Source: an uncultured bacterium
GTDB taxonomy: Bacteria; Krumholzibacteriota; Krumholzibacteriia; Krumholzibacteriales; Krumholzibacteriaceae
Length of the DNA stretch: 64,000 nucleotides
Reading direction: 5' to 3'
Assembly: GCA_963786935.1 (NCBI GenBank)
Contig: CAWBAN010000003.1
Coordinates: forward strand, 160,001 to 224,000
Shown: piece after piece, positions 36,626-46,138 of the stretch
Layout of the letters: every line of letters begins with the position of its first letter
Position numbering within the stretch: the stretch's first letter is position 1
Program-made: the position numbers and the translations under genes
Notes under the pieces: generated by a model
The model's database searches: none
What the model saw: the letters and a program-made list of their open reading frames with translations, nothing else
What the model was told of the DNA's origin: nothing

Positions 36626-37942
36626 TCAATGCTCCATATCGGGGCCGCTGCAGAATCCGCCGACGCAGCGGACGCTTGCCGGCGGCATCACGAACATGCA
36701 GTCCGAGATGACGTTGTAGCGCCGGTTGAATCCCTCGTTGAACGCGTTGTATCTGCTCACGAGATACTTGAGGAGCTCCTCGTCGACCGTCGAGGCCGAG
36801 TAGACGAGATATTCCCAGACCCCGCCGCACGGCTTGGCGCCGAGCCCGATGTACCGGCAGTCGCCGTCCTCGCCGCATGAAGCGGTCCCGATGAGCGAGA
36901 GGATGTTTTTCCGCATGGCGTCGAGCTTCGAGCGGTCCTCCTCCATCGTGCCCTGGTATCCCCAGGGGTAGTGCGGCCGGTACGCGCAGGCGAATCCCTG
37001 GGGAAGGGCGGCGATGTCCGCGGAAAATTGCAGCAGCTCGTCCCCCGGGGGCACGTAGAGCTCGACGAAGCGGATCGTGTAGGCGCCCGGTTCGAGATTC
37101 CTGATCTCGAAATCGAGGGTGTAGAGACAGCTGCAATCGCACATCGATTGCGACTCACGCTCGACGATCGTGATGGTGTCGTTTTGGATCCGGATATCCG
37201 CGGTGATCGAGCCGGGGCAGCAGTTGAAGGCCGCGTTCGCATGCGAGAGGCGAAGGATGCTCTCTGTGCCCGAGTACGCCCATGCGGCGCACGACATGTC
37301 GCCGGGGACGGGGGGCGCCGCCGCCGCCGCTGCCTGAGAGTTGCAGTCGGAGCGGGAGACGAGGACTCCGTACGGCTCCGCGCCGCTTCCTCCCGAGCTC
37401 CAGGGGTACGTCGTTCGTTCGACGCAGAATTCCCCGGAGGGGGAGGCGGACAGATCGATCGTCGCGATGAGCGGTTCGTCGCCGCCGTTTCTATACGGTT
37501 CGACGAAAACGATCGTATACGTTCCGGCCTCGATGCTCTCGAAGCGATAGTCGAGGTCGTAGAGGCACAGGCAGTGGCAGCCCGGCTGCGATTCGCGCTC
37601 GACGATCGTGATCGTGTCGTTCTGGATCCGGATATCCGCGGTGATATCTCCGGGGCAGCAGTTCAAAGCCGCGTTGATGTGCCGGAGGGAGAGCGTATGC
37701 CCGTCCTCGAGCCGGTAGCTGAAGCAATCGGGGGACGGGGATCGCGTCGAGCCGACAGGCGCCCGGTACGCCTTGCAGCCGGATTGGCTCACGAGCGCTG
37801 CCGTCGGCGTCAGCGTCCCCCCCGGTTTCGTCGGCGTTTCCTTGTCGCAGGCGGGGATGAAGACTGACAGCGAGACTGCGGCGCACACGATCGCCGCGGC
37901 GGCTATGGAAGCATATCGATTATAAAGGAATTTGCCGAGCAT
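36626..37942 (-). CDS. Cys-rich lipoprotein with an internally duplicated domain
   Basis: Signal ending IPAC; two copies of NAAxNCCPGxITADIRIQNDTITIVERESQxxCxCxCLY; C-terminal GAKPCGG..EYLVYS...SDC domain. Confidence 0.8.
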   Translation of the reverse strand: MLGKFLYNRYASIAAAAIVCAAVSLSVFIPACDKETPTKPGGTLTPTAALVSQSGCKAYRAPVGSTRSPSPDCFSYRLEDGHTLSLRHINAALNCCPGDITADIRIQNDTITIVERESQPGCHCLCLYDLDYRFESIEAGTYTIVFVEPYRNGGDEPLIATIDLSASPSGEFCVERTTYPWSSGGSGAEPYGVLVSRSDCNSQAAAAAAPPVPGDMSCAAWAYSGTESILRLSHANAAFNCCPGSITADIRIQNDTITIVERESQSMCDCSCLYTLDFEIRNLEPGAYTIRFVELYVPPGDELLQFSADIAALPQGFACAYRPHYPWGYQGTMEEDRSKLDAMRKNILSLIGTASCGEDGDCRYIGLGAKPCGGVWEYLVYSASTVDEELLKYLVSRYNAFNEGFNRRYNVISDCMFVMPPASVRCVGGFCSGPDMEH

Positions 37943-38048
37943 ACCGCGTCCCTCGATGGATATCGCTCTCTTATGTAAGATACTTGGATTTCGTCCGCGC
38001 GTCAATGGCGGCAGAGAAGGGTGTTTATGCGCGCGCCTGCCGCGCTTG

Positions 38049-38057
38049 TGGTATAAT
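38049..38057 (+). promoter_or_regulatory. Extended -10 promoter element
   Basis: TGGTATAAT about 40 nt upstream of ATG 38098. Confidence 0.55.
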
Positions 38058-38097
38058 GATTGGGAATTCCACATCCATGGAAATCGACGGAGGCCGC

Positions 38098-39762
38098 ATG
38101 AAATCATTTGGCGCGATTTTCTTTGCCGGCTTGCTCCTTCTTGCGAGTGCCGCGAAAGTGGCCGCGGGCTGGACCGACGGGGGCGTTTCGATCTGCAACA
38201 GCGCCCGCGAGCAGCGCAATCCGGTGGCTGTTCCCGATGGAGCGGGCGGCGTCATTATCGCCTGGGAGGACAATCGCGGCTACTTCAGCTGGGATCTCTA
38301 TGCGCAGCGAGTATCGTCCACCGGCGAAACGCTTTGGGCCGTGAACGGCGTTCCTGTATGTATCGCGAGCCTCGACCAGATCGATGCCCGGATCATGACC
38401 GACGGATCGGGCGGGGCATTCATCGCGTGGACCGACTACCGGAACGGCACCAACAACCGCGACGTCTATATACAGCGGCTCTCGTCCGAGGGGGAGCCGT
38501 TGTGGGCGGCGGACGGCGTCGCCGTGTGCGCGGAAGCGGGACACCAATACGCCTCGGAGATCGCCACGGACGACTCCAGCGGGGTCATCGCGGCGTGGCT
38601 GGATACCCGAGGTACCAACGACGATATCTATGCCCAAAGGATCTCGGGAACCGGCGAGATACTCTGGGACTCGGCCGGGGTTTTCATTGCGGGGGGAAAC
38701 AACGCGAGACTGCAAATTCTCGCGGACGGGTCGGGAGGGGCGATCATCGTCAGGGAGGAAGCGGACCTATACGCCCAGCGAGTTTCGAGAAGCGGTATCG
38801 TTCAATGGAAGGCGAACGGCATCACCGTGTGCAGCGCGGGCGGGAATCAGAGCCGGCCCCAGCTCGTCTCCGACGGCGCCGGAGGCGCGATCATCGACTG
38901 GATGGATTTTCGCGCCTTCGCGTGGGACATCTTCGCGCAGAGGATATCGGCTTCGGGAGAGGTGCTGTGGGTTCCGAACAATGGGATCGTCATCTGCGCC
39001 GCCGAAAATGACCAGACCGTTCCCCGGCTCGTCTCCGACGGCGCCGGAGGCGCGATCATCGCGTGGATGGACGCCCGAGCCGGCGATCTGGATGTATATG
39101 CGGCGCGGGTAAGCGGGGGAGGCGTGCGTATCTGGCCGGGACAGGTTGTCCCGATCTGCACGGCGCCGCTCGCTCAGCAGACCGTGGAGATCGCTCCCGA
39201 CGGAGCCGGAGGCGCCATCATCGGATGGACCGATGGCCGCGCCGGAGTCAACGACATCTACTGTCAACGGATATCCGCTGCGGGGACCGCCCTCTGGACC
39301 ATTGACGGAGTACCGGTGTGCGCCGAGTCCGGCGACCAGGACGAGCCCAAGATTGTCTCGGACGGCTACGGCGGCGCGATCGCCGCATGGAGAGACGCAC
39401 GGATCAGCCCGCCCGATATCTATGCACAGAAGATACGCTTCAACGGCGCCATAACGGCGGTCGGGGAGAATCGAATCCCTGCGATCCGTGCCGAGCTTCT
39501 TCCGCTCTCGCCCAATCCATTCGGCGGAGAGCTGCATATTGACTTCATCGTCGATGCGCCGGGCGATGCGGCAGTGAAGGTGTTCGACGTGAATGGAAGG
39601 CTCGTCCGCGATTTGGGTTGTCCGCGATTCCCGGTGGGGAGGCAATCGCTTCTCTGGGACTGCCGGGATCGCTCCGGCCGCCGCGTGCGAAGCGGGATCT
39701 ATTTCATTCGACTGGAGACCGCGGCGGGCGCGATCGCGCGAAAAGCCGTCATGCTCGAATAA
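38098..39762 (+). CDS. Secreted repeat (beta-propeller-like) protein with FlgD-Ig/T9SS-like CTD
   Basis: Eight ~55-aa repeats DGxGGAIIAWxDxR...DIYAQRI; SPNPF...SGIYFIRL...RKAVMLE; GGAGG RBS. Confidence 0.85.
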   Translation: MKSFGAIFFAGLLLLASAAKVAAGWTDGGVSICNSAREQRNPVAVPDGAGGVIIAWEDNRGYFSWDLYAQRVSSTGETLWAVNGVPVCIASLDQIDARIMTDGSGGAFIAWTDYRNGTNNRDVYIQRLSSEGEPLWAADGVAVCAEAGHQYASEIATDDSSGVIAAWLDTRGTNDDIYAQRISGTGEILWDSAGVFIAGGNNARLQILADGSGGAIIVREEADLYAQRVSRSGIVQWKANGITVCSAGGNQSRPQLVSDGAGGAIIDWMDFRAFAWDIFAQRISASGEVLWVPNNGIVICAAENDQTVPRLVSDGAGGAIIAWMDARAGDLDVYAARVSGGGVRIWPGQVVPICTAPLAQQTVEIAPDGAGGAIIGWTDGRAGVNDIYCQRISAAGTALWTIDGVPVCAESGDQDEPKIVSDGYGGAIAAWRDARISPPDIYAQKIRFNGAITAVGENRIPAIRAELLPLSPNPFGGELHIDFIVDAPGDAAVKVFDVNGRLVRDLGCPRFPVGRQSLLWDCRDRSGRRVRSGIYFIRLETAAGAIARKAVMLE

Positions 39763-39765
39763 TCG

Positions 39766-40641
39766 CTAAAGCCCCCGCATCCATTCGTCCCTGAGGCAGA
39801 TCTCGGGATTGGCGAGCGCCGCGTCGATCTCCGCGAGGAGCCGCGCCTTGTCGCCGAGGAGCGTGCCGGCGAGGGCGAGGTAGTTCGACGCGTGGTTGCT
39901 CCGGAAGATGCACTTGTCCGTCTCGAGGCCGGCCACGAGCTCGCGGAGCTCGACGACGTCATCGAGCGGCGAGGTGAACTCGAAGCCGGGTCCCATCGCG
40001 GCGCGGTATTCGGCCTCGTACGGCCCGAGCATGAGCGTGAGCGCCGAGAGATACCGGGGCTGGATGCGGTTCATGAGCGCCGCCGTGTTGCGCGCGTGCC
40101 GCAGGCTCAGCGCCTTTCCGCCGAGGCCGAGAATGACCGTGATCGAGAGCTTGAGCCCCGCCTCCGTCGCGCGACGGCAGCCCTCGGCCATCTCGTCGGG
40201 AGTGGCGCCCTTGCGGATTTTCACGAGGAGCTCCGGATCCCCCGTCTCGACGCCGTAGTAGAGGACCGTGAGTCCTTTCTCCCGAAGCAGCCGCATTTCC
40301 TCCACCGATTTCTTGAGGAGATTTCCCGGCGTCGCGTACGCCGTTACTCGCTGGAGCTGCGGGAACGACGCGTACAGATGCGCGAGGATGCGCTCGAGGG
40401 ACTTGACCGGCAGGACGAAGGCGTCGCCGTCGGCGAGAAAGACGCGCCGCACGTGCGGAACGAGCCCCGCCGCCTCGTCGATCTCCTCCTTGACCTCTTC
40501 CCACGGCTTCACGCGGAATTTCTTGTCGCGGTACATGTAGCAGAAGAGGCAGCCGTTGTGCGAGCAGCTCTCCGTCACCTGGAAGATGAGGGAGGCCGAT
40601 TCGCTCGGGGGACGGTAGACGGGCTCTCGGTACTTCGGCAT
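39766..40641 (-). CDS. Radical SAM protein
   Basis: YRPPSE..SLIFQVT, CSHNGCLFC (CxxxCxxC), FLADGDA, FRSNHASNYL. Confidence 0.92.
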   Translation of the reverse strand: MPKYREPVYRPPSESASLIFQVTESCSHNGCLFCYMYRDKKFRVKPWEEVKEEIDEAAGLVPHVRRVFLADGDAFVLPVKSLERILAHLYASFPQLQRVTAYATPGNLLKKSVEEMRLLREKGLTVLYYGVETGDPELLVKIRKGATPDEMAEGCRRATEAGLKLSITVILGLGGKALSLRHARNTAALMNRIQPRYLSALTLMLGPYEAEYRAAMGPGFEFTSPLDDVVELRELVAGLETDKCIFRSNHASNYLALAGTLLGDKARLLAEIDAALANPEICLRDEWMRGL

Positions 40642-40838
40642 GTCGTATTTCCTCGATGTTCGGCGCCCGGCGCGTGGCGCTCGAAGCGGCGCGTGCTCGA
40701 TCGCCGGCGATATCGCGTGCGGCATTGTAATCGAGCGGCGGAGGCATTTCAAGTTGAAAGCCCCATCGGAAGGCGCTACATTCAACGGGAACATTCGTAT
40801 GCATCGGCGGCGGGATTCGGAATGACGGGAAGGTGAAC

Positions 40839-43208
40839 ATGGCACGGAAGGCACGGAAAGGACGCGGTCTCCTCATCACGCTCTGCGTGATCGTCGGAAT
40901 ATTCATCATCGCGGTCGCGGCGGTGCGGCTCTTCCTCACGCGGGATAAGCTGCTCGCGATCGTGATTCCCCGCGTCGAGAAGACGCTCGACGCAAAGGTG
41001 TCGATCGGCGACATCGGGATCAATTTTCCGTTCGGCCTCGGCGTCGACATCACGGCGCTCTCGTTCGAGAAGACGCTCCCCGATACGAGCGCGCTCGCAT
41101 TCACGTCCGAGAAGGTGACGGTGCGCTCGTCCCTCATGTCGCTCCTCCGGCGCAAGCCCGAGATCAAGGCGGCGGACGTTCAGGGGGGCTCGGTGACCCT
41201 GACGAATCCGAAGAACGCCCGCGTGATCGAGCTCCGCGGGCTCGGGGCGCAGCTTTCGATGCGGCCGGCGGCGGAGGTGTTCGCGCTGAGCGCGAAGGCG
41301 GTCGCCGATTCCGTGCTCGTGTCGGCGATCGGCGCTCCCCCGGCCCTGACGCTCGAGAAGGTCGGCTTCGACGGCGAGATCGAGAGCGACAAGGATATGA
41401 CGCGGATCGTCATCAAGAAATCGAAGCTGAGCTGGGGGGACCTCGTCGCCGCGACGATCGAGGGAGAGGTGACGAACGCGCGGACGGAGCCCCGCGTGGC
41501 GCTGACCATCGAGGCGGCCGACAAGCCGCTCGGGCCGGTTCTCGAGAAGATCAGGACCTTCAAGCTCGCCGAGCTCTCGCCGGCGAAGGCGCAGGCGGCC
41601 GCGCCGCGGCAGGCCCAAACGCCGGTCGAGATCACGGGCGGCGCGTTCGGTTTCAACGCGCGGATCGAGGGGCTCGCGAAGCAGCCTCTCGCGATGAGCA
41701 TCGTCTTCGGCGGGCACCTCAAGGACGCGGGCGTACAGTCGGGGGATCTCGCCACGATCGGCGCTCTAAACGCCGAGTTCAAGGGACAGGGAGTCGCGCT
41801 CGCGTGGTTGGGGCTCTTCCCCGGCCTCGAGAAGCCCGTGACGCCGGCCGAGATCGCCATGGCGTGGCAGGCGGTCGAGCTCGACGCCACGGTCGAGATC
41901 GAGCGAGGGGAGTTCGTTCTGCAGGGCGCGGGCGCACGGGCGGGAGCCGCTGCCGCGCAGACGGCCGCGGGGCAGGCCGCGGGCTCGGGCCCGACCGCCG
42001 CGGGCGCCTCGCCGCAGCCCATTCGCGTGTCCTCGGCGAAGGCGCGCGTCGAGCTCTCGGGTCCCGACGTGAAAAAGCTGTCGGGCGAGTTCTTCATCGG
42101 CGCGTCGCCGTACCGCTTCGAGGGATCGATGATCAACATCATGCCCGCGGCGGCCGAGCTCGCCCTCGTCGGGAAGCGGCTCGTGGCGTCGGGGCAGAAA
42201 CAGCTTCCCGATCCGGGAACGGTCCTCGACGGATTGGCGAACGCTCCCGTCGTGAAGCTCGAGATTTCGGGCCGCGCCTTCGACGCGCAGCCGTATCAAA
42301 AACCGCTCTTCGGTTCCTCGGGAGGCGCGGCGAGCCCGGCTCCGGCCGCGCAGCCTCCGGCGCAGGCGCAGGCGCCTTCGAGCGCCCCCGCCGCGGCGCT
42401 CCTGTTCCTGAAGAACACGACCTTCACCGCGAAGCTCGATTCGATCATCACGCGCGAAGCGGTGTTCACCGAGCTCGAGGGAAAGGGGACGATCCGCGAC
42501 GGACGCATCAGGATCGAGCCCGCGACGTTCAAATACGCCGGCGGCAAGGGAGCGGCGACGGTGAGCGTCGACGCTCGCAAAACCGCGCGCGTCGAGACGA
42601 AGCTCGATCTCTCGATAGACGGAATCGAGGCTTCCCAGGCGCTCGGGAGAATCAGCTCGAGAGGGGATCTGGTGCAGGGGAAGTTCTCGTTCAAGTCGAA
42701 CGGGTCGGTCGCGACGGGGCCGGGCATCAATCCCGTCATGGCGCTCTCGGCCGCGGGAGCGGCGCTCTCGAGCAAGGGCTCCGTGAGCATCGGCACATTT
42801 ATCGAGCCGCTGGCGAAGATTCCGGGATTCGACGTCACCCCGTTCCGGGAGTTCAGCTTCAAGGATTGGACGGGGAACTTCGTCGTGAGGGACGGGCGGT
42901 GCGCCACGGATGACTGGAAGGTGGCCTCGTCCCGCGGCGACTGGACGATCAAGGGATCGTTCGGATTCGACGGCACGCTCGATTACGCGGTACACGTCGT
43001 CCTGCCGCCGTCCGTGCAGGCGCAGATGAAGGGCATCGATCAGTACAAGGCCGCCTTCGATCTCATGCGCGACAAGAGCGGCAACCTCATTCTCGATATC
43101 CACGTCGGAGGCAGCGCGAAGCATCCGTCGGCCACGCTCGATCTCACGAAGGCGAAGAGCAAGGCGCAGGAGCGGGTGCTCGAGGGACTGAGGAAGCTCT
43201 TGAAGTGA
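40839..43208 (+). CDS. AsmA-like family protein
   Basis: N-terminal TM anchor, beta-rich body, YAGG, C-terminal GSFGFDGTLDY...IHVGGSAKHP. Confidence 0.75.
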   Translation: MARKARKGRGLLITLCVIVGIFIIAVAAVRLFLTRDKLLAIVIPRVEKTLDAKVSIGDIGINFPFGLGVDITALSFEKTLPDTSALAFTSEKVTVRSSLMSLLRRKPEIKAADVQGGSVTLTNPKNARVIELRGLGAQLSMRPAAEVFALSAKAVADSVLVSAIGAPPALTLEKVGFDGEIESDKDMTRIVIKKSKLSWGDLVAATIEGEVTNARTEPRVALTIEAADKPLGPVLEKIRTFKLAELSPAKAQAAAPRQAQTPVEITGGAFGFNARIEGLAKQPLAMSIVFGGHLKDAGVQSGDLATIGALNAEFKGQGVALAWLGLFPGLEKPVTPAEIAMAWQAVELDATVEIERGEFVLQGAGARAGAAAAQTAAGQAAGSGPTAAGASPQPIRVSSAKARVELSGPDVKKLSGEFFIGASPYRFEGSMINIMPAAAELALVGKRLVASGQKQLPDPGTVLDGLANAPVVKLEISGRAFDAQPYQKPLFGSSGGAASPAPAAQPPAQAQAPSSAPAAALLFLKNTTFTAKLDSIITREAVFTELEGKGTIRDGRIRIEPATFKYAGGKGAATVSVDARKTARVETKLDLSIDGIEASQALGRISSRGDLVQGKFSFKSNGSVATGPGINPVMALSAAGAALSSKGSVSIGTFIEPLAKIPGFDVTPFREFSFKDWTGNFVVRDGRCATDDWKVASSRGDWTIKGSFGFDGTLDYAVHVVLPPSVQAQMKGIDQYKAAFDLMRDKSGNLILDIHVGGSAKHPSATLDLTKAKSKAQERVLEGLRKLLK

Positions 43209-43281
43209 CGCGCAGCGGATCCGCCGTTCGATGCGCGGCCCGCCGCCGGCCGCCTCCGCGGCGGCGGGGTGGGACGGCCGC

Positions 43282-43334
43282 AAAAACGAAGGCCCCCCGG
43301 GAGGCGCGGTCCATCCGCGCATTCCCGAGGGGCC
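43282..43334 (-). terminator. Probable terminator hairpin
   Basis: Long imperfect stem GGCCCC..CGGGA.GCGCGG/CCGCGC..TCCCG.GGGGCC with TTCGTTTTT on the minus strand, between convergent genes. Confidence 0.6.
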
Positions 43335-43368
43335 GAACGTTGTGCTATCCCGTCAGGCGATCCTCAAC

Positions 43369-44199
43369 CTAGTAGTTGATGGCCGACTCGCGACCGGTCA
43401 CGTTGACGACCGGGAAGCCGACGTCGCACGACGCGATGCCGAGCGAACCGTTCGGGTTCGCCTCGAACTTGAACGACAGGTTCTCCAGGTTCTCGAGCAG
43501 AAGCATGTCGAACGAAGCGACGAGCACCGGCTCGGGACCGTACATGGGCCTGCTGAAGCTAAGCGCCATTCCGGAGAACAGGTCGCCGAGGGTCACGGCA
43601 ACGTGATCGGGAATCGTGACGCTCGTGATCGCGTACTGCGTGCCCGCATCGAGATCGGCGTTGGCGATGTCGGCGATGCGAAGTTTGAACTCGCACGCCT
43701 GCGCGCAGTTCACATCGACCTCGTCGAGCATGATGAACACGTAGCAGTTGACCGGCGTCCACGCGGCCGTCGAGGACTGGCAAACGGTCGCCGATCCGTC
43801 GAAGAACACGGCGAGCGACGGATTGGCCGGCTCGCTGACGTTCATGTCGAACGCCTTGTCGACCGTTTTCGCCGTCGGCGAGCTGTCGGTCGCACGGACC
43901 GTGAAGCTGAAATCGCCCGAGCTCATCACGACGCCGACGAGCTTGCCCTCTTCGGTGAGGACCAGGCCGTTCGGCAGGGGATCGCTACCCGGGGCGAGCG
44001 ACCACACGTAGGGAGCCGTTCCGCCCTGGGCCGCCAGATCGGTGTTATACGGAGAACACGTGTAGCCAACCGGAACCGCCGCGGTCGTTATCTCGTACGT
44101 GACGGACGGCTTCGGAGGCGTCGGGGTCGAATCATCCGAACATGCGGCGAGCATGGACAGAAGAACAAGACCCGCAAAAAGCGCGAAAACCTTCCTCAT
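43369..44199 (-). CDS. Lipoprotein with putative Ig (He_PIG-like) domain and a C-terminal domain resembling the WGAIKSLF-protein passenger
   Basis: Lipobox LAAC; GGTAPYVW...LPNGL.L...G...FTVRATDS; AAGGAGG RBS. Confidence 0.82.
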   Translation of the reverse strand: MRKVFALFAGLVLLSMLAACSDDSTPTPPKPSVTYEITTAAVPVGYTCSPYNTDLAAQGGTAPYVWSLAPGSDPLPNGLVLTEEGKLVGVVMSSGDFSFTVRATDSSPTAKTVDKAFDMNVSEPANPSLAVFFDGSATVCQSSTAAWTPVNCYVFIMLDEVDVNCAQACEFKLRIADIANADLDAGTQYAITSVTIPDHVAVTLGDLFSGMALSFSRPMYGPEPVLVASFDMLLLENLENLSFKFEANPNGSLGIASCDVGFPVVNVTGRESAINY

Positions 44200-44261
44200 C
44201 TCAGGACCTCCTTCTCCTTTTTCCAGGTTACAAATCCTGTTAACCCCTCGCCGATGCAATC

Positions 44262-44277
44262 AGCAAAGCGTGTGCCA
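44262..44277 (-). promoter_or_regulatory. Sigma54 -24/-12 promoter
   Basis: TGGCACACGCTTTGCT on the minus strand, close to consensus, about 60 nt upstream of ATG 44199. Confidence 0.8.
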
Positions 44278-44623
44278 TGACGTTTCGCGGGGGACGTGGG
44301 CGGCGTATCTCGTTGCGCGCGAACGGATTGGGTCGAGTCGATAATCGCTTTCAATGGGCGGGAATTGCCGATCCATTCTCATTATGCCACGGATAGGAGA
44401 GAGGGGCGTCGCGCTTCTGGATTGGGGCGCAAAGCTCCCCGGCGCCCGCCGCACTGCCGCGGAGCGGCGTGTCCAGTTGCGCTTGCGCGCTCGGGCGCAT
44501 TCTATTACCATGAGCGGGACAAGAGGCGCCGCCCGGCGACGGGCGCCCTCGAAGGGCCGGCAAACGGTGGTTTCCCGGTCTCGACGGGCCTCGGCGCCGA
44601 GGGCTTTCGAACGGAGGCATCAG

Positions 44624-45181
44624 ATGGGCGTTGGTTTGATCGTATTGATAATCCTCGTCGTGCTCGTTTTCGTCGCGATCGGGATATTCAACAATCTCGT
44701 CGTCCTGCGGAAGCGGTGCGACAGCGCGTGGGCGCAGATCGACGTGCAGCTCAAGCGGCGGTACGATCTGATCCCGAATCTCGTCGAGACGGCGAAGGGG
44801 TATCTCAAGCACGAGCGCGAGGTGCTCGAGAACGTGACGAAGGCGCGCCAGCAGGCGATCGACGTGTCGGGCGTCAAGGAGCAGGCGCAGGCGGAGAACA
44901 TGCTCACGAGCACGCTCCGCTCGCTCTTCGCGGTCGCCGAGAGCTACCCGGATCTCAAGGCGAACACGAACATGCTCGCCCTCCAGGAGGAGCTCGCCTC
45001 GACGGAGAACAAGATCTCCTTCTCGCGGCAGCACTATAACGAGGTCGTCCTCGATTACAACACGAAGATCGAGCAGGTTCCGTCGAACATATTCGCCACG
45101 ATGTTCAACTTCAAGGCGCGCGAGTTCTTCGAGATCGAGGAGCCGGCGCAGAAGCAGCCGCCGAAGGTGAGTTTCTCGTAA
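44624..45181 (+). CDS. lemA: LemA family protein
   Basis: [45 protein letters not shown]. Confidence 0.96.
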   Translation: MGVGLIVLIILVVLVFVAIGIFNNLVVLRKRCDSAWAQIDVQLKRRYDLIPNLVETAKGYLKHEREVLENVTKARQQAIDVSGVKEQAQAENMLTSTLRSLFAVAESYPDLKANTNMLALQEELASTENKISFSRQHYNEVVLDYNTKIEQVPSNIFATMFNFKAREFFEIEEPAQKQPPKVSFS

Positions 45182-46089
45182 TGGAAAACCTGTACACGGC
45201 CATGTCGGCCAACAAGCGGAACTCGTTCTTCATCACGGTCGCGATCACCGCCGTGCTCGTCGTGCTCGGCTATCTCCTCGGGCAGTACTGGGGATCGGGC
45301 TACGCGGGCATCGCCATCGCGGTCCTCATCTCGCTCGTCATGTCGCTCTCGGCGTACTACGCCGGCGACAAGATGGTGCTCGGGGTGAGCCGCGCGAAGC
45401 GCATCGAGAAGAAGGACTATCCGCAGCTCTTTAACGTCATCGAGGAGCTCGCCATCGCGGGCGGGCTCCCGATGCCGGCGGTCTACGTGATCGACGACAC
45501 GGCGCCGAACGCCTTCGCCACGGGGCGCGATCCGAAGCACGCGTCCGTGGCCATAACGACGGGGCTCATGCAGAAGCTCAACCGTGACGAGCTCCAGGGG
45601 GTCATGGCGCACGAGCTCTCGCACGTCGGGAACCGCGACATCCTCTACGCGACGATGGTGGGGATTCTCGTCGGGTCGATCGCGATGATGAGCGATTTCT
45701 TCCTCCGGAGCTTCTTCTGGGGAGGTGGGAGGCGCCGGCGGAGCGACGGCGAGGGAGGAGGGGCCGGGGGCGCGATTCTACTCGTTGTCGCGATCGTGCT
45801 CGCGATTCTCGCCCCGATCTGCGCGAAGCTCCTGCAGCTCGCCGTTTCGCGGCAGCGGGAATTTCTCGCCGACGCCTCGGCCGCGAAGCTCACCCGCTAT
45901 CCCGAGGGGCTCGCCTCGGCGCTCCAGAAGATCGCCGGGGACAAGGAGGTGCTCGAGGTGGCGAACCGCGCCACGAGCCACCTCTACATCGTGAATCCGA
46001 TCAAGCCGTTCGAGAAGCGCGCGAGCAGCCTTTTCAGCACGCACCCCCCTATACAGGAGCGCATCGCGCGGCTGCGGGCGATCCGGTAG
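45181..46089 (+). CDS. htpX: M48 zinc metalloprotease HtpX
   Basis: PNAFATGR, HELSH, SRQREFLADA, FSTHPP; TAATG coupling to lemA. Confidence 0.93.
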   Translation: MENLYTAMSANKRNSFFITVAITAVLVVLGYLLGQYWGSGYAGIAIAVLISLVMSLSAYYAGDKMVLGVSRAKRIEKKDYPQLFNVIEELAIAGGLPMPAVYVIDDTAPNAFATGRDPKHASVAITTGLMQKLNRDELQGVMAHELSHVGNRDILYATMVGILVGSIAMMSDFFLRSFFWGGGRRRRSDGEGGGAGGAILLVVAIVLAILAPICAKLLQLAVSRQREFLADASAAKLTRYPEGLASALQKIAGDKEVLEVANRATSHLYIVNPIKPFEKRASSLFSTHPPIQERIARLRAIR

Positions 46090-46138
46090 CGCCCGCGGGG
46101 CGGCCCGGCGCCGGCGCACCCGCCGCGGCCCGGCGCGG

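Noticed and set aside
44520..44610. GC-rich hairpins with GGCAAAC upstream of lemA as a c-di-GMP riboswitch
   Set aside because: Lacks the GAAA tetraloop/receptor and GCAAAG elements of the motif.
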